The translations under genes and the position numbers were made by a program. The notes under the pieces are model-generated. The model saw only the letters and a program-made list of their open reading frames with translations, did no database searches and had not been told where the DNA came from. Positions 48,343 through 57,572 of a stretch of DNA of 64,000 nt are shown in pieces (positions within the stretch are counted from its first letter, which is position 1; the number at the start of each line of letters is the position of its first letter). Origin of the DNA: a virus; the IMG/VR virus record IMGVR_UViG_3300021171_000010, positions 9,552 to 73,551 of that record; one strand, given 5' to 3'.

Positions 48343-48885
48343 TCAATTGGCGAGCCTCAACATTTTCTGGAAAGTATCTTCACAATCCGGCGTGAAAGGA
48401 AAAGTGTTGGCCGGATTCACAAACTGGTCTGTCCGAATACGGTCAAAGAACGGCACCACGATGTGCGGTGGAACGCCACGCTCATTACAGAATCGCTCAA
48501 TAGTTGGCTTGGAAATACCAAGCTGGTAGTGAAGCTGAGCAACGCCCACAGGAGTGGAGTCTATCCAAATTTCAACCTTCTTGGCCCAGGTATTGAGAAA
48601 AACCCCCTGTGCACCGCGCATACCGCAGTGCGCCGCTATGAGCCCCGCCCGGGCGCCCATACATTGAGCCCATCTCATATCGCCGGCCACGAATTCATGG
48701 GCATGCACCGTGTGATAAACAATCGGTGCACCTACCGGGATTGACTCCCTATGGGCGGCGAGAATAAGTGCATTTTCAAACTCTCTACTGCGCAGTCGGG
48801 ACAGCTTTACTTCGTCCCGGGCCGCGAGAAGCTCCATGACCCTGGGGCAAGATTGCTGTGTATAAAGTTCTTGAAATGTATTCAT
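48343..48885 (-). CDS. Hypothetical protein
   Basis: ATGA-coupled ORF. Confidence 0.5.
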   Translation of the reverse strand: MNTFQELYTQQSCPRVMELLAARDEVKLSRLRSREFENALILAAHRESIPVGAPIVYHTVHAHEFVAGDMRWAQCMGARAGLIAAHCGMRGAQGVFLNTWAKKVEIWIDSTPVGVAQLHYQLGISKPTIERFCNERGVPPHIVVPFFDRIRTDQFVNPANTFPFTPDCEDTFQKMLRLAN

Positions 48886-49124
48886 ACGCCGGCGAAAAAG
48901 GATTCGATGAATTTGTCTCGCCGCTCTGCGGTGCGATAGCCGCGGACCTTGTTCAGAAACCGGATAGCCTTGCGGCCCTCCAAAAACACGGTGTTCCGGA
49001 GCTTGGCGGAGTGCAGCACCACTTCAGTGGCTGACGCCTGCGTGAAGGAGCAATGCCGGTTGTGGTTGTCTTCCACCTTCACAGGAGCTTTGTTCATTTT
49101 GATGATTGTTGGCAAGTCGAACAT
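48882..49124 (-). CDS. Hypothetical protein
   Basis: ORF track; operon orientation. Confidence 0.5.
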   Translation of the reverse strand: MFDLPTIIKMNKAPVKVEDNHNRHCSFTQASATEVVLHSAKLRNTVFLEGRKAIRFLNKVRGYRTAERRDKFIESFFAGV

Positions 49125-49144
49125 AAAACTGTTACGAGATAAAG

Positions 49145-49351
49145 TTAATTGTTACGGGCCGGATGACGAGACGGTAAATAGTTATGCTTAGGGCGGTCTT
49201 CATCGGGAACTGCATCAGTGAGCATCGCCCGGGCGGCAATGACTCGACCCCGCAAAGCGATTCCCTCCGGGGATTGGAAGTCTTTCACAGTATCTTCTGC
49301 TACGGCAACTGCAGCATTCAACGCCGCCCATTCTGCTCTGTTTAATCTCAT
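49145..49351 (-). CDS. Hypothetical protein
   Basis: ATG 6 nt after the CATATT box. Confidence 0.5.
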   Translation of the reverse strand: MRLNRAEWAALNAAVAVAEDTVKDFQSPEGIALRGRVIAARAMLTDAVPDEDRPKHNYLPSRHPARNN

Positions 49352-49357
49352 GCCCAG

Positions 49358-49395
49358 AATATGACAGACACCACAACCAAAGGCAAGCGGATTTT
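49358..49395 (-). promoter_or_regulatory. Host-sigma-type early promoter
   Basis: AAAATCCGC-TTGCCT-N17-CATATT. Confidence 0.6.
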
Positions 49396-50890
49396 AACGA
49401 TTTAAGGGCAGGTTATCCGGGCACCAGTCTGAATCAGTCAAAGTCATAAGGGCATCCAGGTTGTTTAGCTTACCCCGGACTGCACTCCAAATTTTCTTTT
49501 CTATTGTGCCAGCAGCGAAAAGCACTTTATAAAACGAATGAGATTTGCCGCTTTCCCTGGGAAGCCGGAAGAAAAGCTGGCGCATAGTCTCGGCAGAAAA
49601 GCATGGGCTCGCGATGCCGGCCCGGGGATGGCCGCCATGCAGGTCATGCAGCGACATCGACACCCCGCCGGCCTTGGAATTCACTATCAGTTTACGGAGG
49701 TGATTACTCTGGAAAGCGGCGAGGGTCTTCTCCCGGGTCTTGATTGTTGTGCCGTCGATAATGCCGGCACCGGGGAACTTCTTCAACAATTCTTCAATCG
49801 TTTGACGGTAGTTCACGAAAAACACCACTGATAATCCGCGGTCCGCATAGGTCTCGCCGAGCTCAGTCATAACCGGCACTTTTAGTAGCTCCACAGTCTG
49901 CTGCGCGCGCAGTATTTTGGTGAGCGGATGGTCCGGCGATTTATCATTTTCACTAGCATGCTGTTTTAGCGTTTCGACTGCTTCACGCATTATCCCATAA
50001 GCCCGGTCCATCTCTTCCGGCTTGTCCAAATCATAGAGTTCAGCGTCAATCTGACAGGTGGGAAAACCGGGAATGCTTGCCACAGTCACTCTGACGCCAC
50101 GAGCAGGAATAATCTGGTCCCTGATGGATTTCATAATTTCCAGTTGCCGGGACTTGCTAGCAAACCATTTCAAGCCACGCGTGTGCACATCGAACCGGAC
50201 TTCCTGCTTCGCAAGCCAGCGTTTAAACGATGGGCGCCGCATTGCTGCACCAAACTTTGTCTGCACTAATTCATCAGTGGAGTCATTATGTAAATCGAGA
50301 AGATAGCCGAGAGCTCGCATATCCAGGGGCGAGCTGGCCGGCGTAGCCGACAAGCAAAGAGTCTTAATTCCTTGCCGCTTTGCCGCAAGACCGAGCTCGC
50401 AGTTCAAGGAATCGATACCGTTGAAGCGCTGCGACTCATCAAAAATTACTAGGCGCACTGCTGGATTGAAAACGAAACTGCCGTAGTGGGCGCTAATTTT
50501 TTTAGTGACAAGGCAGTGAATTCCAGCCGGGTGGCAATAGCAAGGCACGAAGCGAGCGAAATCAACTTTGCACTGGCAATTCTCACACTGGAAATATTCC
50601 CGGGCTGCCCGGTATTCGGTCCAGGTGCCAAATTTTTGGTTTCCAGTGCGAAGAAGTTCATAATTGCAAAACGAAAACTTGTCATTAAAGGTCTCAGCAG
50701 CAAGGTCCCAGGCAGTCTTACTAATCTTAGGACCAACAATTAGGGCGGGTAGTTTTAACTGGGAGGCTACCCAGGCGCCCACGTAGGTCTTGCCGACTCC
50801 TCCATCTGACCAATCGACTACGGAGTCATGTTTCTGCAATAAAGTCAGAAGCTGCTCTGCAGGTTCGACTTGGTGAGGTCTTAGGGGCAC
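49394..50890 (-). CDS. SF2 (SNF2-like) helicase with a Cys/His insertion
   Basis: 'LRPHQ', 'GVGKT', 'DESQ', 'SATP', 'AGGVSMSL', 'Q...R..R', 'GTIE'. Confidence 0.85.
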   Translation of the reverse strand: MPLRPHQVEPAEQLLTLLQKHDSVVDWSDGGVGKTYVGAWVASQLKLPALIVGPKISKTAWDLAAETFNDKFSFCNYELLRTGNQKFGTWTEYRAAREYFQCENCQCKVDFARFVPCYCHPAGIHCLVTKKISAHYGSFVFNPAVRLVIFDESQRFNGIDSLNCELGLAAKRQGIKTLCLSATPASSPLDMRALGYLLDLHNDSTDELVQTKFGAAMRRPSFKRWLAKQEVRFDVHTRGLKWFASKSRQLEIMKSIRDQIIPARGVRVTVASIPGFPTCQIDAELYDLDKPEEMDRAYGIMREAVETLKQHASENDKSPDHPLTKILRAQQTVELLKVPVMTELGETYADRGLSVVFFVNYRQTIEELLKKFPGAGIIDGTTIKTREKTLAAFQSNHLRKLIVNSKAGGVSMSLHDLHGGHPRAGIASPCFSAETMRQLFFRLPRESGKSHSFYKVLFAAGTIEKKIWSAVRGKLNNLDALMTLTDSDWCPDNLPLNR

Positions 50891-51366
50891 GGAAAATTGA
50901 GACGTGCGAATTCTCCAAAATATTTACGCGCCGCAACATCATAAGCCCGGGCCGCTTCTTCTGCCGTTTTGAACCGCCCTAAAACAATTGATTTATAGTT
51001 TACACAAATCATCCCCACCCAAGGGGTCTGGGGGCGTCCTTTACAAGCAGAAACTCCTTTATATCCCGATTTATTATTTCGACGAAGGCCTTGATTTGCG
51101 TGATTTTGTGAATTAGTTGCGGGACGAAGATTGTGTCGCTGATTATCTAAGCCGTTAAGATTTTTATGCTTCCCCTGAATTTTAGAATCCGTAAGTCCTA
51201 AAATTTGTCGATGCATTAGATAATTTTTGCCTTTCCATCCTTCCTTACGCATCGCATACCAAGAGCCTCGAAAACAAACCGCTTGCCATCTCCATTGATT
51301 TAGCCAATCAAAATCAGCATCATCAACAAACGCAACTTTGCCCCGAGTTAGAATAATCTGTTTCAA
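50881..51366 (-). CDS. HNH-AP2 homing endonuclease
   Basis: 'LTRGKVAFVDDAD', 'MHRQILG', 'NGLDNQRHNLR', 'SGYKGV', 'AARAYD'. Confidence 0.88.
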   Translation of the reverse strand: MKQIILTRGKVAFVDDADFDWLNQWRWQAVCFRGSWYAMRKEGWKGKNYLMHRQILGLTDSKIQGKHKNLNGLDNQRHNLRPATNSQNHANQGLRRNNKSGYKGVSACKGRPQTPWVGMICVNYKSIVLGRFKTAEEAARAYDVAARKYFGEFARLNFPCP

Positions 51367-51554
51367 TTTCCTAAAGCTTCACAACACCACGCGGCGTGGC
51401 GGTCTCCTTCAGGAACACCGCAGTGAGGACAAGCAGCGATAGCCAGTCCACACTTGATGCATTCCCACCCCACAACAACGACCCCGCCAGTATCTTTACA
51501 CTCTTCAGTGACTTCCTGAAGTTTGTGCGTTCCGCATTTTGGACACGTGTTCAC
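51363..51554 (-). CDS. Small zinc-ribbon protein
   Basis: CPKC, CIKC, CPHC motifs. Confidence 0.6.
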   Translation of the reverse strand: MNTCPKCGTHKLQEVTEECKDTGGVVVVGWECIKCGLAIAACPHCGVPEGDRHAAWCCEALGN

Positions 51555-51988
51555 TTCTCCGTAAATTCAGCAATCAACTTGCCAGCGGGTCCCTTTGGGG
51601 GTCTATCATCAATCATGCAATCGCAGCTCATGGCATCCAGGATAATAGCCATGCAAGCTGCTACGCTGGCCTCGTGCGGCTTGCCAGTCTCGTGGTCCGC
51701 ATCCTCGCCATCCAAGGCCTGTTGAAGGTGCCTCATCGCGGCTTCCAGGTAGACAGTCCTGCGGACTTTCTTGTCACGCCAATTGTAAGCGCCATACTTC
51801 TTAGCGCCCACTGCCATGGCGAACGAAGTGTATATGAGCAATGCCGGCGGCACTAATCGGAGCGGAGGTTTCTTCATCCCAAGAATGTCCTTGGGATTTG
51901 TTGTATCTACTGTTTCAGGCACGTTCATATCTCGTCCAGCTAGCTCAAGAGCTCGTGCATGCATCTGTGCCTCTGCAAAAGTGCTCAT
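51551..51988 (-). CDS. DUF5664-like dATP/dGTP diphosphohydrolase
   Basis: 'TNPKD..G..K..L.LVP', 'GAKKYG.YNWR', 'Y..AA.RH', 'D.ETG.PH'. Confidence 0.8.
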   Translation of the reverse strand: MSTFAEAQMHARALELAGRDMNVPETVDTTNPKDILGMKKPPLRLVPPALLIYTSFAMAVGAKKYGAYNWRDKKVRRTVYLEAAMRHLQQALDGEDADHETGKPHEASVAACMAIILDAMSCDCMIDDRPPKGPAGKLIAEFTEK

Positions 51989-52365
51989 GATGCGGGAATA
52001 AGCACAAAGTTTTCATATTGCCTCACTGGAATACCCAGGGCATGCGCGACTGCCACTTCAGCACGGGCGCCCTTAGACCGTTCCCAGCCAGGAAGGCACA
52101 CCACCATGTCTGCGTGCAAGCAGATATAATCACAATCCTTCAGGAAGGCCTCACGAAAATTCCACTTGAGATGCGCGATGTCTTTTAAGTCCCCGGTTTC
52201 GGATTTGTTGAATCCCACGCCGAATTCTTCCTCTTCACATTCCGCGGCGCTGAAGACTTCAAATCCTTTATCGCGAAGGGCGGCAGTCGCAGCGTGAAAC
52301 GCGGGGAAGTTAAAGTCCTTGATGTTGCGCATCGGACCAGCCAAATATATTTTTTGTGGATTCAT
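51985..52365 (-). CDS. DUF4406 / nucleoside 2-deoxyribosyltransferase-like protein
   Basis: 'IYLAGPM', 'FNFPAF', 'LPGWERSKGARAE'. Confidence 0.85.
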   Translation of the reverse strand: MNPQKIYLAGPMRNIKDFNFPAFHAATAALRDKGFEVFSAAECEEEEFGVGFNKSETGDLKDIAHLKWNFREAFLKDCDYICLHADMVVCLPGWERSKGARAEVAVAHALGIPVRQYENFVLIPAS

Positions 52366-52565
52366 AGCGGGCTTTTCTGAGGAGGGTCGCCGCGCTGGCC
52401 AACTTCGGGAATACGAGTCTCTTCCTCTAGTTGCGTGCCGTCTTCACCGACCTTCTTTTTAGTCTTGTCATAGACGCCGGCGGCACGATTTTTTTCCCCG
52501 GGCCACTGGGGTTGCTGACCTACCGTTTCCGGGGTCACCGATGAATTTGTTTCTTTTTCACTCAT
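52362..52565 (-). CDS. Small hydrophilic hypothetical protein
   Basis: ATGA-coupled to both neighbours. Confidence 0.4.
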   Translation of the reverse strand: MSEKETNSSVTPETVGQQPQWPGEKNRAAGVYDKTKKKVGEDGTQLEEETRIPEVGQRGDPPQKSPL

Positions 52566-52783
52566 AAATTTTTGTTCCATTTAATGTAACTGCGCACTGC
52601 AAGAGCAAAGAAAACGCAGCAGATGAAAGCAAGGTCCCACATCCCGGCTGCAACAGATTTCACAATCCAAGCGGCTTCGCCAACCATCGAAAACCAGAAC
52701 GCTCCTCGCCGGCGGTTGCCGATGCCCCAAAGGCCTGCAGTGATGGCGATGTTACCGAGCCAGCCAAGCAGGAAGGTAATCAC
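52562..52783 (-). CDS. Small 3-TM membrane protein (PnuC or PQ-loop half-transporter-like)
   Basis: 'LGW.G....G..W...RR..F......W' with three hydrophobic helices. Confidence 0.55.
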   Translation of the reverse strand: MITFLLGWLGNIAITAGLWGIGNRRRGAFWFSMVGEAAWIVKSVAAGMWDLAFICCVFFALAVRSYIKWNKNL

Positions 52784-53775
52784 AGGTCAACTCCAGTCAC
52801 TGGTTCCGCAGGCGCTTGCGAGAAAAGCGCTTTGAATTCCTCCGGCGTGTAGAACCGCTGGCACGGGCTCGCTGTAATCGGGTCTGACCAAACCACCGGC
52901 TTCTTGTCGCCTTGAGGCTCTCGCTGCATTAGCTGCGAGGCTTGGCCATCCAAGTGCGCCGCGAGCTGCTCATTACGCTGTCTCTTGTTGCGGCTCGCCA
53001 TGGTGGTTTGAGAGGCTGCCACATGAAAATGCCTGAAGCCCGCTTCCTTGAGCATCTGGAATTCTGCCGTGGTCTGCACATCAGTCACCGCAACAATCCC
53101 GGATTGCACCTGGGAAGCTTCCTTAATAAGATACTTGGCCAGGAAACCTGCGGTGCCAAATTCCGGCATATCAAAAAGCAGCCGGGCGACCTGAGTCATT
53201 GTCACACGCTCCACCGTGTTTGGCTTTGCAAAATCGCCATTCGCCCAGGCGATTATCCGAGCAAATTCCTCTGCAGTAGGAGCCGGCCCCACCCAGAGCG
53301 CTCCTAATGGCATGTTGAATTCCAGCACCCGGGCGCCCAATAGCTGAGCGAGAAAAGACTTGCCGGCGCCAGAGCGGCCAGTGAAGAAGATTTTATGCGC
53401 GGGGTTTGTATTCACAGAAGCAATTTCCGGAAGGCCGGCCGCAGGCAGGGCAGCGGGCAGCACGGGGACTAGTTCCGAAGTCGGGACAGTTACAGTTTCC
53501 TCTTCCACCTTCGGCGCCGGAGCCCGCTTCCGCTTGCCCGCCATTGGATTGGCTGCCGCCTGCGCTGCCTGCTCCTCCGCACTCGGTCCCCCCAGGGTTT
53601 CCGCCAGCATATGCGCCGCTTGCTGTTGCTCCAACTTGTCCGCAGCGCTCATCGCCGGGTCTTGGATGTTGGGGTTGTTTACGAGAGTTAGCAGGCTGCT
53701 TTGCGCGAGCAAGTCGTTTCCTTTGAGCGTGGGGTCCAGGGGGCGTGTAAGTTTTGAATCCAAAAGTCCGGGCAT
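52780..53775 (-). CDS. dNMP-kinase-like P-loop protein with disordered N-terminus
   Basis: 'IFFTGRSGAGKS.LA', 'VTDV....E...LK..G'. Confidence 0.6.
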   Translation of the reverse strand: MPGLLDSKLTRPLDPTLKGNDLLAQSSLLTLVNNPNIQDPAMSAADKLEQQQAAHMLAETLGGPSAEEQAAQAAANPMAGKRKRAPAPKVEEETVTVPTSELVPVLPAALPAAGLPEIASVNTNPAHKIFFTGRSGAGKSFLAQLLGARVLEFNMPLGALWVGPAPTAEEFARIIAWANGDFAKPNTVERVTMTQVARLLFDMPEFGTAGFLAKYLIKEASQVQSGIVAVTDVQTTAEFQMLKEAGFRHFHVAASQTTMASRNKRQRNEQLAAHLDGQASQLMQREPQGDKKPVVWSDPITASPCQRFYTPEEFKALFSQAPAEPVTGVDL

Positions 53776-53892
53776 AAACTAGTTCTTTCTGTTCTACTTG
53801 TATTGTCGGCGTTTCAACAGGCTGCGCGTCTTCGACATACTCGAAAAACGCTTCACGGTATTCGCTGCATTCACTCACATGACGGATAGTAG

Positions 53893-54417
53893 CTAATTGC
53901 CGCGGTCTACACAACGTAATTTTATCTCGGCCAAGGTCAGCTCAATGATGAGCTCGAAATGCATCACAGCTATGTCTAGTTCCGCCTGCCGGCGCTTTGC
54001 CATCCCGGCAGCGGCTTGCAGAATCGGTGCAGGTGAATCAGTGCGAGCAATCTTGTCAAGCTGCCGGGCCAGCATCTGATAGGCGCACTGTGCATCCCGC
54101 CTTCGATTCGTCGCTCTACGATTCCACCTGTTCAACTGAGCGAAACTAGCGTAGTCGAAACGGTTTTCCAACTTGCCGTGCACTGGCTTCGCAACTCTGG
54201 TGGATTGATAATGATTCTCCCGGGCGCGCAGACATTCTTTGCGCTCTCGATTAGTCATCCTCGCCTTTGGCGAACAGAGCATCTCAGTCGCCACTTCAAT
54301 GGGCATGTGGTCAAACTGAACGCGTTCAATCGTCGTGCAACCTATTGGCGGAAACGGTTTCTGAATAGCGACAAGTTGGCCGTTTTTACAATCAAAATGA
54401 TTAATGTGCTTATTCAT
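53893..54417 (-). CDS. Hypothetical protein
   Basis: ATGA-coupled ORF. Confidence 0.5.
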   Translation of the reverse strand: MNKHINHFDCKNGQLVAIQKPFPPIGCTTIERVQFDHMPIEVATEMLCSPKARMTNRERKECLRARENHYQSTRVAKPVHGKLENRFDYASFAQLNRWNRRATNRRRDAQCAYQMLARQLDKIARTDSPAPILQAAAGMAKRRQAELDIAVMHFELIIELTLAEIKLRCVDRGN

Positions 54418-54719
54418 TCGAAAATCTCCGGGGTGGCGTTGGCTTGATTAACGGACAATTGGCTGAGCTTCACAGCAGCTAAGCGCAGAGCTTCAATTGA
54501 ACCTTTATCCTTTTCGGAAGGTTCAATTGCATCTAGTGTATCTGCGGCGAGCGAGATCATTTGACCCGCGTTCGTCCAGCCTACACAGATACCTCGCAGA
54601 AAAGCTTTGCGCTCCTCAGCAGGACAGAGATTCACGAATTCTTGGATTTGACTTCTCATTTCCAATTGCGCTTCTCTCGCTGCCCCTAACTGCTCTTTGT
54701 ATTTTTCTTGTATGTTCAT
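54414..54719 (-). CDS. Hypothetical protein
   Basis: ATGA-coupled ORF. Confidence 0.5.
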   Translation of the reverse strand: MNIQEKYKEQLGAAREAQLEMRSQIQEFVNLCPAEERKAFLRGICVGWTNAGQMISLAADTLDAIEPSEKDKGSIEALRLAAVKLSQLSVNQANATPEIFE

Positions 54720-55669
54720 TGTTTGTTTATTTGTGAATTTTCTCCAGCCAAAAGCTTTTTGTAATACTGCGAGAAACCATCACTGACGCCGCGCACGATT
54801 TGCTTCCAGTGGTCATCGAAAAGGGTCTGCTTGATTTCCTCTTGCTCTTCAGCGAGCAGGTCGGTGCCCAGTTCTGCCAGGAGCGGGCCGATATCCTCAG
54901 GGCCATTTACTAACTTGCCCGATTCTTTCAGATGCTGAATCGCCTTCAACCAACGAGCCTCTGTGCGGTATCGACTCACAATCGACTGAATTAACTCGCC
55001 CGGCTGAGCTTTGCGGTTCAGCGGTCCAACCAAGTGCTTTTCCTTGAATCGGTCAGAGACAATTTTGGCCGTCATTGGTGCTGTGCCGCTTTGGCTTTCA
55101 GCATGCTGCTTGCCGTAATTCTTGATTACGATACCTTCAATTTTAGTGCCACCCAAGATTGAATCATGTTCTACCAAATCAAACACGGGGCAATGCTGCA
55201 ATTCTGCCACGGTATCCTTAAAAAATACGATTCCGTTACCTCGATAATAGGTGGGCACCGGAGTGATGTCGAATACTTTCGCCCAGGCGTCTACTTCCTC
55301 CGGGCAATACTTGCCTGATGGGTCGCGAACATCGAAAAGCACGAGGTGCCCATGAGGAATACAGGCGTAGGTAAGCACGTTATGCTTCGGCTTAGCCAAA
55401 TACTCGCACTGGAAGGTCCAACCCTCCGGAATCTGACCCGCATGCCACATCGCCCGCACAGTGTTTACACCAGCTTCAAACATTCCAGGCGCCGCGAGAT
55501 TAATTTCCGTGCTTTTGCTGAAGCAGTGGAGCTGCGTGCCGCCGGGAATTGATTCTACACTGAAAGAAAACTGGGAGCCGTCAATTTTCTCCTGCACCCA
55601 GACTTCCCCGTCAAAAATGTCCTGAGTGTAGCGATGCCCCAGGGCGTAGATTTTGGGTATCGATTTCAC
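54716..55669 (-). CDS. Rnl2-like RNA ligase
   Basis: Nucleotidyltransferase motifs 'QEKIDGS', 'CEY', 'LFDV', 'EGIVIK', 'AKIVS..FKE'. Confidence 0.8.
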   Translation of the reverse strand: MKSIPKIYALGHRYTQDIFDGEVWVQEKIDGSQFSFSVESIPGGTQLHCFSKSTEINLAAPGMFEAGVNTVRAMWHAGQIPEGWTFQCEYLAKPKHNVLTYACIPHGHLVLFDVRDPSGKYCPEEVDAWAKVFDITPVPTYYRGNGIVFFKDTVAELQHCPVFDLVEHDSILGGTKIEGIVIKNYGKQHAESQSGTAPMTAKIVSDRFKEKHLVGPLNRKAQPGELIQSIVSRYRTEARWLKAIQHLKESGKLVNGPEDIGPLLAELGTDLLAEEQEEIKQTLFDDHWKQIVRGVSDGFSQYYKKLLAGENSQINKQ

Positions 55670-56034
55670 AGTAGTCCATCACCACGTTTAAACGTGACCG
55701 CTACGCAGGCGATGCGGCGCGTTGCGCTCGCTTGGTGCCTGTCTGCTGTTTCTCGGTCTGGGTGCACAGCATCTGCTATGCTGCCGTCATAGAAATTCAC
55801 CCAGCGGGTTTCCGGCTCGGGCACGTTTATCAAATCCATTCCGTCAATCCCATTTGGCATCCATCGGCCATCAGCGGAAAAAGCTGTCACCGACTCCTTA
55901 CCACCCTCTTCCGTGATTAAGGCCACGATAGGCTGCAACGTATCTTGATAATACGTATTTGCTGAGGATTCGATGATGCGCGCCTTGCGGCCGTCGCGAG
56001 TCTGAACTGGTTTCGTTAAATCAATCATGCGCAT
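55666..56034 (-). CDS. Phage hypothetical protein (TRDGRKARI type)
   Basis: 'KPVQTRDGRKARI...PIVALI...DL' motif seen in many phage proteins. Confidence 0.6.
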   Translation of the reverse strand: MRMIDLTKPVQTRDGRKARIIESSANTYYQDTLQPIVALITEEGGKESVTAFSADGRWMPNGIDGMDLINVPEPETRWVNFYDGSIADAVHPDRETADRHQASATRRIACVAVTFKRGDGLL

Positions 56035-56037
56035 AAT

Positions 56038-56400
56038 TTAGCACACCGGTGGCTCGCTACTCAACAAGATTTTTTCTTTAGGCACAATCTTGCCCAGCAG
56101 GCAGCGGCCGGGAGATTCTTTCAACGGCTGCGTAAGATAACTCATGAAAGCCTGCGCGTCGGCTTCGCTGCGGAACCTGAAGGGATATGGGTCTTGAATT
56201 ATCTCCATTCCAGGCAGAACGAAGAAACCAATTTCATACGGCGCATCTCTCCACTCCGGATTGATTGCGACCTGACGCACCGACTTGAAATATTTCAGCG
56301 GTGGGATTGGCCCTCTGATGGCCCCAGGGATTGCCAAAGGTGCAACTGCTAGGCCGGCAGCGAAAAGACTGAGCGACTTAAAGAAGCTCCGGAGGTTCAT
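56038..56400 (-). CDS. Small exported protein with a major-capsid-like motif
   Basis: Tat-like signal 'MNLRSFFKSL...'; NPEWRDAPYEIGF compared with capsid NPAWLSAPYEVGF. Confidence 0.6.
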   Translation of the reverse strand: MNLRSFFKSLSLFAAGLAVAPLAIPGAIRGPIPPLKYFKSVRQVAINPEWRDAPYEIGFFVLPGMEIIQDPYPFRFRSEADAQAFMSYLTQPLKESPGRCLLGKIVPKEKILLSSEPPVC

Positions 56401-56409
56401 TCTTGGGGG

Positions 56410-56859
56410 TCATTGCTGGGGAGGTGGATTTCCTTGGCATTGATATCCACTGTAGGTGTCTACCAGCATGCCATATCCAGGCGCCGGGCACATGCAAGCT
56501 TCCCGCGCAACATACCAGTCCATCGTGAAGTCGCCGCCCATCACAACAGGCCCAGGAGCATCGGATTGGCTACAGTGGGTCCAGGAAGTGAATCCCCAAT
56601 TCAAAGATGAAAGGCTGCCGCAGATGTAGTTAGAAGCCTGCACCAGCACAAGGTCACCATCCGAAAGAGACACCGCGGTGTTGGCGCCAGGGGCAATCGT
56701 CTGATAGGTGGTTTGTCCGAATACCGTAATAGTGATGCCATATTGGGCAGTCACTTTAGGATTCGAAAATAATGTGAGACCGCACCCAGCCGCTGCCTTG
56801 GCGGAGTCAGTGAGGAATAGTGAAGCGGCCAGTAAAAGGCCGGCGAGTAGTTTTTTCAT
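56410..56859 (-). CDS. Secreted Cys-containing protein
   Basis: Sec signal peptide 'MKKLLAGLLLAASLFLTDSAKA'; six Cys. Confidence 0.6.
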   Translation of the reverse strand: MKKLLAGLLLAASLFLTDSAKAAAGCGLTLFSNPKVTAQYGITITVFGQTTYQTIAPGANTAVSLSDGDLVLVQASNYICGSLSSLNWGFTSWTHCSQSDAPGPVVMGGDFTMDWYVAREACMCPAPGYGMLVDTYSGYQCQGNPPPQQ

Positions 56860-57062
56860 TTTCGCTTTCTTTTGGTTGTATTGCGGCGGATTTGCCGCAA
56901 AATTCGTGGTATCTCGATTGTGTTATGACACGTCACAACGTTTCGAATTAATCTCAATTCCTCTCTAATATCCATCAGCACTGCTAGCTGGGCTTGGTCA
57001 AAACTAACATGGTTGGCACAATCCGGCGTGACATTCCAGTTAACGTTTTGTTGGTCGTGCAT
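56856..57062 (-). CDS. Hypothetical protein
   Basis: ORF with basic C-terminus. Confidence 0.5.
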   Translation of the reverse strand: MHDQQNVNWNVTPDCANHVSFDQAQLAVLMDIREELRLIRNVVTCHNTIEIPRILRQIRRNTTKRKRK

Positions 57063-57131
57063 AAAATTTAAAAAGACACCAGAGTAAAAGCGCCAGGACG
57101 GTGGCGAAAAGGTCTGTTAAATCAGAAGAGT

Positions 57132-57572
57132 CTAGCCACATATCTGTTTCATTGCCTCGCGCGCCTGCTTCGCGAGGCGAGCGATTTCCTCCTGGTTGTC
57201 CAGAATCATCCCGCCCATAGACGCAGCATACACCTCTCGCTCATAACTGACCTGCTTCTGGCGCTGTAGGTGATTCACAATACAAGCGGCTTCGAACTTC
57301 GACTCTGCCTTTTCAAGCCTCGCCTGCAGCAATTCAAGTCCCTGCTGCTTGAGTTTCACGTAGGCTTTCTGCTCACGCACCTCTGCTTCCAGCTCGGAGG
57401 CTTTGGCGCGCCACATTTCCTGACGCGCCAGTGAGGTGTTATTGGCTTCTACACATGACGCATAGCAAAGCCAAGGCAGCCACTCTTCGCCACGATAAAG
57501 AATACGGGATTCGCTGCTTGCTAGCTTAAACGGCACCAGCCAGGAAAGCCATTTCTTAAACGTCAAGGACAC
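57132..57572 (-). CDS. Coiled-coil hypothetical protein
   Basis: ORF track. Confidence 0.5.
   Translation of the reverse strand: MSLTFKKWLSWLVPFKLASSESRILYRGEEWLPWLCYASCVEANNTSLARQEMWRAKASELEAEVREQKAYVKLKQQGLELLQARLEKAESKFEAACIVNHLQRQKQVSYEREVYAASMGGMILDNQEEIARLAKQAREAMKQICG

Noticed and set aside
41028-52365. Z-genome (2-aminoadenine) pathway
   Set aside because: No PurZ or DatZ recognisable; a DUF5664-like gene alone is insufficient
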